Shown: piece by piece, positions 59,548-64,000 of the stretch
How the letters are laid out: the number at the start of each line of letters is the position of its first letter
Numbering within the stretch: the stretch's first letter is position 1
Origin: Vicugna vicugna
Taxonomy: Eukaryota
Direction of reading: 5' to 3'
Assembly: GCA_013265495.1 (NCBI GenBank)
Contig: MU057796.1
Location: 1 to 64,000 of the forward strand
Length of the DNA: 64,000 nucleotides
Position numbers and translations under genes: made by a program
Notes under the pieces: model-generated
What the model saw: only the letters and a program-made list of their open reading frames with translations
Told to the model about the DNA's origin: nothing
The model's database searches: none

Positions 59548-62500
59548 AAAGAAAAACCCATTCTGGCATCTTTGTTTTGGCTGCTGCAGGATCAGCAAGC
59601 CCCGAGACATTGCGGCGCACTCTTCAGCTTGCAATACTGACCGAAGGCTATGTCATCGCAATGGTCTTTTGTTGTTTATGTAGGTCTCTTTTTCCCCACA
59701 CTTCTCTCCTGCAAGAAATGAAACAGTTCCTCAATGTCACAAGTGAAGGAATTGTCTTTGAGAGGGAGGCCTTCCTCTCTCTGAATCTGCTGGTCTGTGC
59801 CTTCTCTTTGTCCATCAAGGGGGTGTTTCATGGGGCGTGTGGAGTGCGATTGTGTTTGTAAATGTTCAGAATGTTTCTGCGGAAGACAGAATAAACTGGT
59901 GGGGGTGGTTGTCTCTAGGGAGGGTAGCTTGATGCTAGAGGCAGGGAGAGGAGGGCACATTTTCCTCACTTTTCACCCTTTGGTACCTGTTGTATGTTCC
60001 ACTGTGCACGTGTATTCACTGTTGAATAGATTATTTAAGAAACAAAACAAAACAGGAAGCAGCTTTTCACCTGCAGAGACCCATGAAGTTAAGAAGGAAG
60101 AGACCCCAGAGAGTGTCTTTGTGATTGGTTTTGTCTCCTCCAGGTCCCCTTTCCGTTTGTTTGTCTAGATTGAGTGGAACCATCCCTTTTATCCGTCTCT
60201 CTCTAACCAGGTACACTTCAAGGTGACATCACGTCTCAAAATGTGTCCTGAGTCTTGGAAAGGGACTCTCTAAATGAGAGCTTGAGAGAAGGTTTCTCAC
60301 TAACCACGTGAATTATTCCTGTTCTTGGCTTAAGCATTGTGAAATCTTGCATTGTTCGTAACACCTCTCGGATAGCGTCAGACTTCCCTGTATCCTTGGA
60401 AGAATCTATAACAATCCAGTTTTCCTATAGGGTTCAGGGTGACATGGGAAAAGGTGGTCATTCACAAAGACATAATGGAGATTAAGGAAAGTAAAAAAAA
60501 AAGAAGACATACTTCTTCACTGAGTTTCTTTATAGAGGGGTTATTTTCCCACTTAAGTGATCGATGAGTAACCTTTTCTATATTTGAAAGGTCATGAGAG
60601 TTTGAAATACAGAAGAATGGATCTTGGGAGAATTGATTGTGTTTAAGGATGAGGTTGGGCCTCATGCTCCCATATAAGAGGCGTGGATTTTTTGTTTTAA
60701 TTTCTCTCGTTAAATTTTTTTTTTTTTGGCTGTAAGCAAAGATGATGTGTATGTTTCAGACTGTTCATGTGAGGTTATGAGCGTTTTTAATCTGTTCCTG
60801 TGCATTCTCAGTAGAAACTGCGTGAGTGGGGATCTTTTAATAGAATATGTCTTGCAACTAGCGAATTTATTTTGGTACTAAGTTCTAGATCATTCCTAAG
60901 GAATGTAAATTTTGTCAATAAAAGTTTTTGTTTTGAAATGCTTAAAATCTTGGAACTGTATTTTACGTTTCCTGAAGCCAACCTCTGTCTCATTTTTCTA
61001 AGTGTAATGAACAAGACAGGGCAATAAGAATAATAAAATAAGATACAATAATAAAATATTAAAATAATAAAAATATGATAAAAAATAAGAATGAGAAGAC
61101 TGATTATAAGTTGATTGGATAAAAATACTCTATTAATTTTATACTGGAACATGGTTAGAAGAAGAAACAGCGAGTGGTGTGTGGGGAAAAAATTCCTTCA
61201 AGACCACCATGTGGATGCATTATACAGGATGATTTTGGTTTTACTGTGGTTGAAATACTAAGAATCTTGAACAGCTTTTACCAGAAAAATTCAGATGCAC
61301 GATAAAGTCAGATACTTTCAATAGCCCCCATTGCTCTTCTGTTCGCGCACCAGCATCCAGGGGGGTCGGTGAGTGACAGCAGTTGCCTCAGTTACTTTGA
61401 GGAGAGAAAATTGACATTCATTGACTTCCTGCCGTGTTCCATGCCCTGGTGGATTCCTGGTGGGTTCATAAGATCACGTGATCTTGTGATTCCATGAGAC
61501 GTAGGTGTTCGCCTGGCTTTCAGATGAGAAAATGGAGACCCCATCTGTTTTATTAAGAATAACACTATCTCATGTTCTCCTTGTTGCTTTTGGGTAACGT
61601 CAAGGAGGAAAGTGGAAATGCTGAGTTTATGCTGACGTTCTCAAAGGGCAGTCCGTGTGTGAGGGTTAAGGCTACGCTCATGATCATTCAGCTTTTCCGG
61701 TTCTTGAATCAGACTCAGCCTCCTGGAGGATCGTATCCCCATCCTGTGGTTGAAGGTGCAGGCAGCATTCAGGGGTCCTGAAACGGTATCTCCTTTTCCC
61801 AGCTATTCAGCCCCTGAAGACTGTCTTCCTGCATCAGCTCTGATTCTGATTCCATCCCCTTTATGAGTGGTTCTGATATGACAGTTACAAGCCCGTGTTC
61901 CTGCAGCTGCCCCCCTGGTTCAGTGGCTGTGTATTCATCCTCTGAAGGCTGCACTTTATATTTTTTTAGAGTTGGGCTTCAGTGAATGTGTATGTAAGGG
62001 TGTGACCTTTCTCTACCATCCTTTGTGCCATTTATCTCTTTGGACATTGTGGGGACTCTTGGCCTGACTCAGCTCATCTTGTACCAGTAACTGAGGTCAC
62101 ACTGGCTAGAACAATCCCTCCCAGGCTTCCCTCACCCTCTCTTCTTTGTGTCTTGGTTTTCTTATTAGGTCCAGTCCCAGGTTAATTCTTTTGCCCCAAC
62201 CAAGGACTGAGCCTTCTCCAGGGAGTCCTGATTCACTTAAGTAGAAAATAGCATTAGAGTCCAAAATCTGAGGTCCAGAAGTGCACATTTCCCAAATAAG
62301 CAGCGAAGGTGGAGCAGAGTGGCCTGAGGTCTGCCAGAAGTGACAAAGCACAACAGTTACCTGTATTCAGAGCGCCTGCATTCATGTTGATGTTTCCCGT
62401 TTACCTGTATCACTAAGTTTGCTTTGGTCTTACTCTGTTATCAGAATTCATTAATCCAGTTCCCCCTTTGCCAAGCTGTACATAGAGAATCATTCATACA

Positions 62501-62792
62501 TTTACGTGGGTAGTCATCCCACATTTGCGTGTCTCCATTTTCATCTCTTCCAGACGTTGGATTCAGGTGTCTGGAATTAACTGCTAAGTGTGTGAGTTCG
62601 GTAAATTTTATTGTCAGTGTCCCTAGAGCACCCGAAAAGAAAAAGAAATTGCAGCCTCCTTCCAGATTTTATACTGAAGAAACCAAGAGTGTGCGCCACT
62701 CAGCAATATGAAGATGTAGATCACCAGATATCTAGGCAGACTCGGACTCACTTAGGAGACAGTAATAGTGAAATAGGGACAGCACGCCACTA

Positions 62793-63254
62793 CAGACATA
62801 CCTAGAGATGTTGCAGGTTTGGCTTCAGCCCGCTGCAATAAAGCAAATACTGCAACAAAGTGAGTCAGAAATTGTTGGTTTCCTAGGACACTAGGAAAGA
62901 AGTAGAAATTATGTTTACAGTGTACCGTAGTCTGTTAAGTGTGCAATAGCATTATTTCTATAGCTAAAGAAACAATGGTACATTAATTTAGAAGTACTTT
63001 GTTGCTAAAAAATGCTAACCATCATTTGAGCCTTCATCACAGATCCCCATAACAAATAGGATAAGGAAATATTGATAATGAAAGCTTGAAATATTGTGAG
63101 AAGTACCAAAGTGTGACACAGAGCAAACGCTGTTGGAAAAATGGCACCGATAGACTTGAGACAGAGTTGCCACAAATCTTCAATTTGTTGAGAAAAAAAA
63201 TGCAGTATCTGTGAAGCACAATAAAGCGAAGCTCAATAAAACGAGGTCTGCCTG
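62793..63254. mobile_element. Tigger1-derived non-autonomous DNA transposon (about 460 bp)
   Basis: TA/cagacatacctagagatgttgcaggtt...caataaaacgaggtctgcctg. Same orientation and layout as 47009-47504. Confidence 0.87.
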
Positions 63255-64000
63255 TGCGACCTCTTGAGGTTTTGTCTATTACGTCTTTGTTTTGTTAGGC
63301 ACTAATACTTGTCTTTTAACACAAATAGCTTTACCTTTAGATTCCGTTTCTAAATGGCCTTTGGCCTGCCCCTTGGTCTCATCACGTTTAGCAGTGTCAA
63401 GGAAACACTTTCCATGTTACTTTACCTAAAGCGGACCCCAGCTCCTGCCCTGCCGCCTTCCAGAGTGGAGGTCCCCCCAAGAGCAGGGACGTTGTGAGGG
63501 CACTGCTGTGTCCCCAGGAGCCTCAGTCAGGTGCGTGGCACCCAGACAGCCCTCAGAACACTTGATGAATGGGGCTTGTCCTTTCAGCTGTACATAGAAA
63601 CCTGCAGTTTAGACGTTGCTGCTGGAGGAAATCTTTTTTTTTTTTTGAAAACCTTGCGTCGCACATCCGTTACACATTTGTAGCATTTCCCGTTTCTTCT
63701 TATGTCTGAGTTGCTTCGATTTCGTGATATTATTAGAGCTGCTTCCATCACCATAAAAAGTTTCTGTGATGTTTCCAAGGCTGCCGCCTTCCCTGGCCAG
63801 CAATTTCCCATCCCATCCAGTGACAATTTTTAGCTAGGCTTTGAAGGGAACTACACACATGGAATTTTAGAAGGTACCGGGGAGGGGAGAAATACCAGAG
63901 CTGCAAGAGGGTGTTTGCCCTGGACTCAGCCCGTCTGCCTTTTTTGTTTTTGTTTTTCAATCAGCCAGACCTCTGTCATCTAACAGACACATTTGTGTTT

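Noticed and set aside
1..64000. CRISPR array, operon, rRNA, mitochondrial insertion, processed pseudogene or intact transposon ORFs
   Set aside because: None recognised by eye: there is no regularly spaced repeat-spacer array, and all mobile elements are truncated or decayed. A database search could still reveal small RNAs or retrocopies that I missed.

Overview
This is mammalian intronic DNA from the middle of RSU1 (Ras suppressor protein 1, a leucine-rich-repeat protein of the PINCH-ILK-parvin adhesion complex), transcribed on the + strand. Five internal coding exons with canonical AG/GT borders splice in frame: 8772-8892, 13404-13522, 15310-15392, 15672-15786 and 48835-48967. They total 571 nt, about residues 54-244, and match human exons 4-8 by recalled sizes. 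The start and stop exons lie outside the window. The repeats (Vic-1-like tRNA-derived SINEs, artiodactyl-type L1 3' ends, no BovB/Bov-A or PRE1 seen) point to a camelid genome. The rest is MIR, L2, L1, MLT1, MER5/MER3 and Tigger1 elements, microsatellites, two local tandem duplications and several repeat-free, motif-dense blocks that look like enhancers. I found no evidence of a wholly new gene or system. The best leads are: a phase-compatible exon 4-7 block (438 nt, stop-free if circularised) bracketed by inverted L1 and SINE copies; an LG-to-VS change at the exon 4 donor; a possible enhancer overlapping exon 6; an intronic CpG-rich block; and a candidate recursive splice site. Repeat family names and human comparisons are from memory, not from searches.
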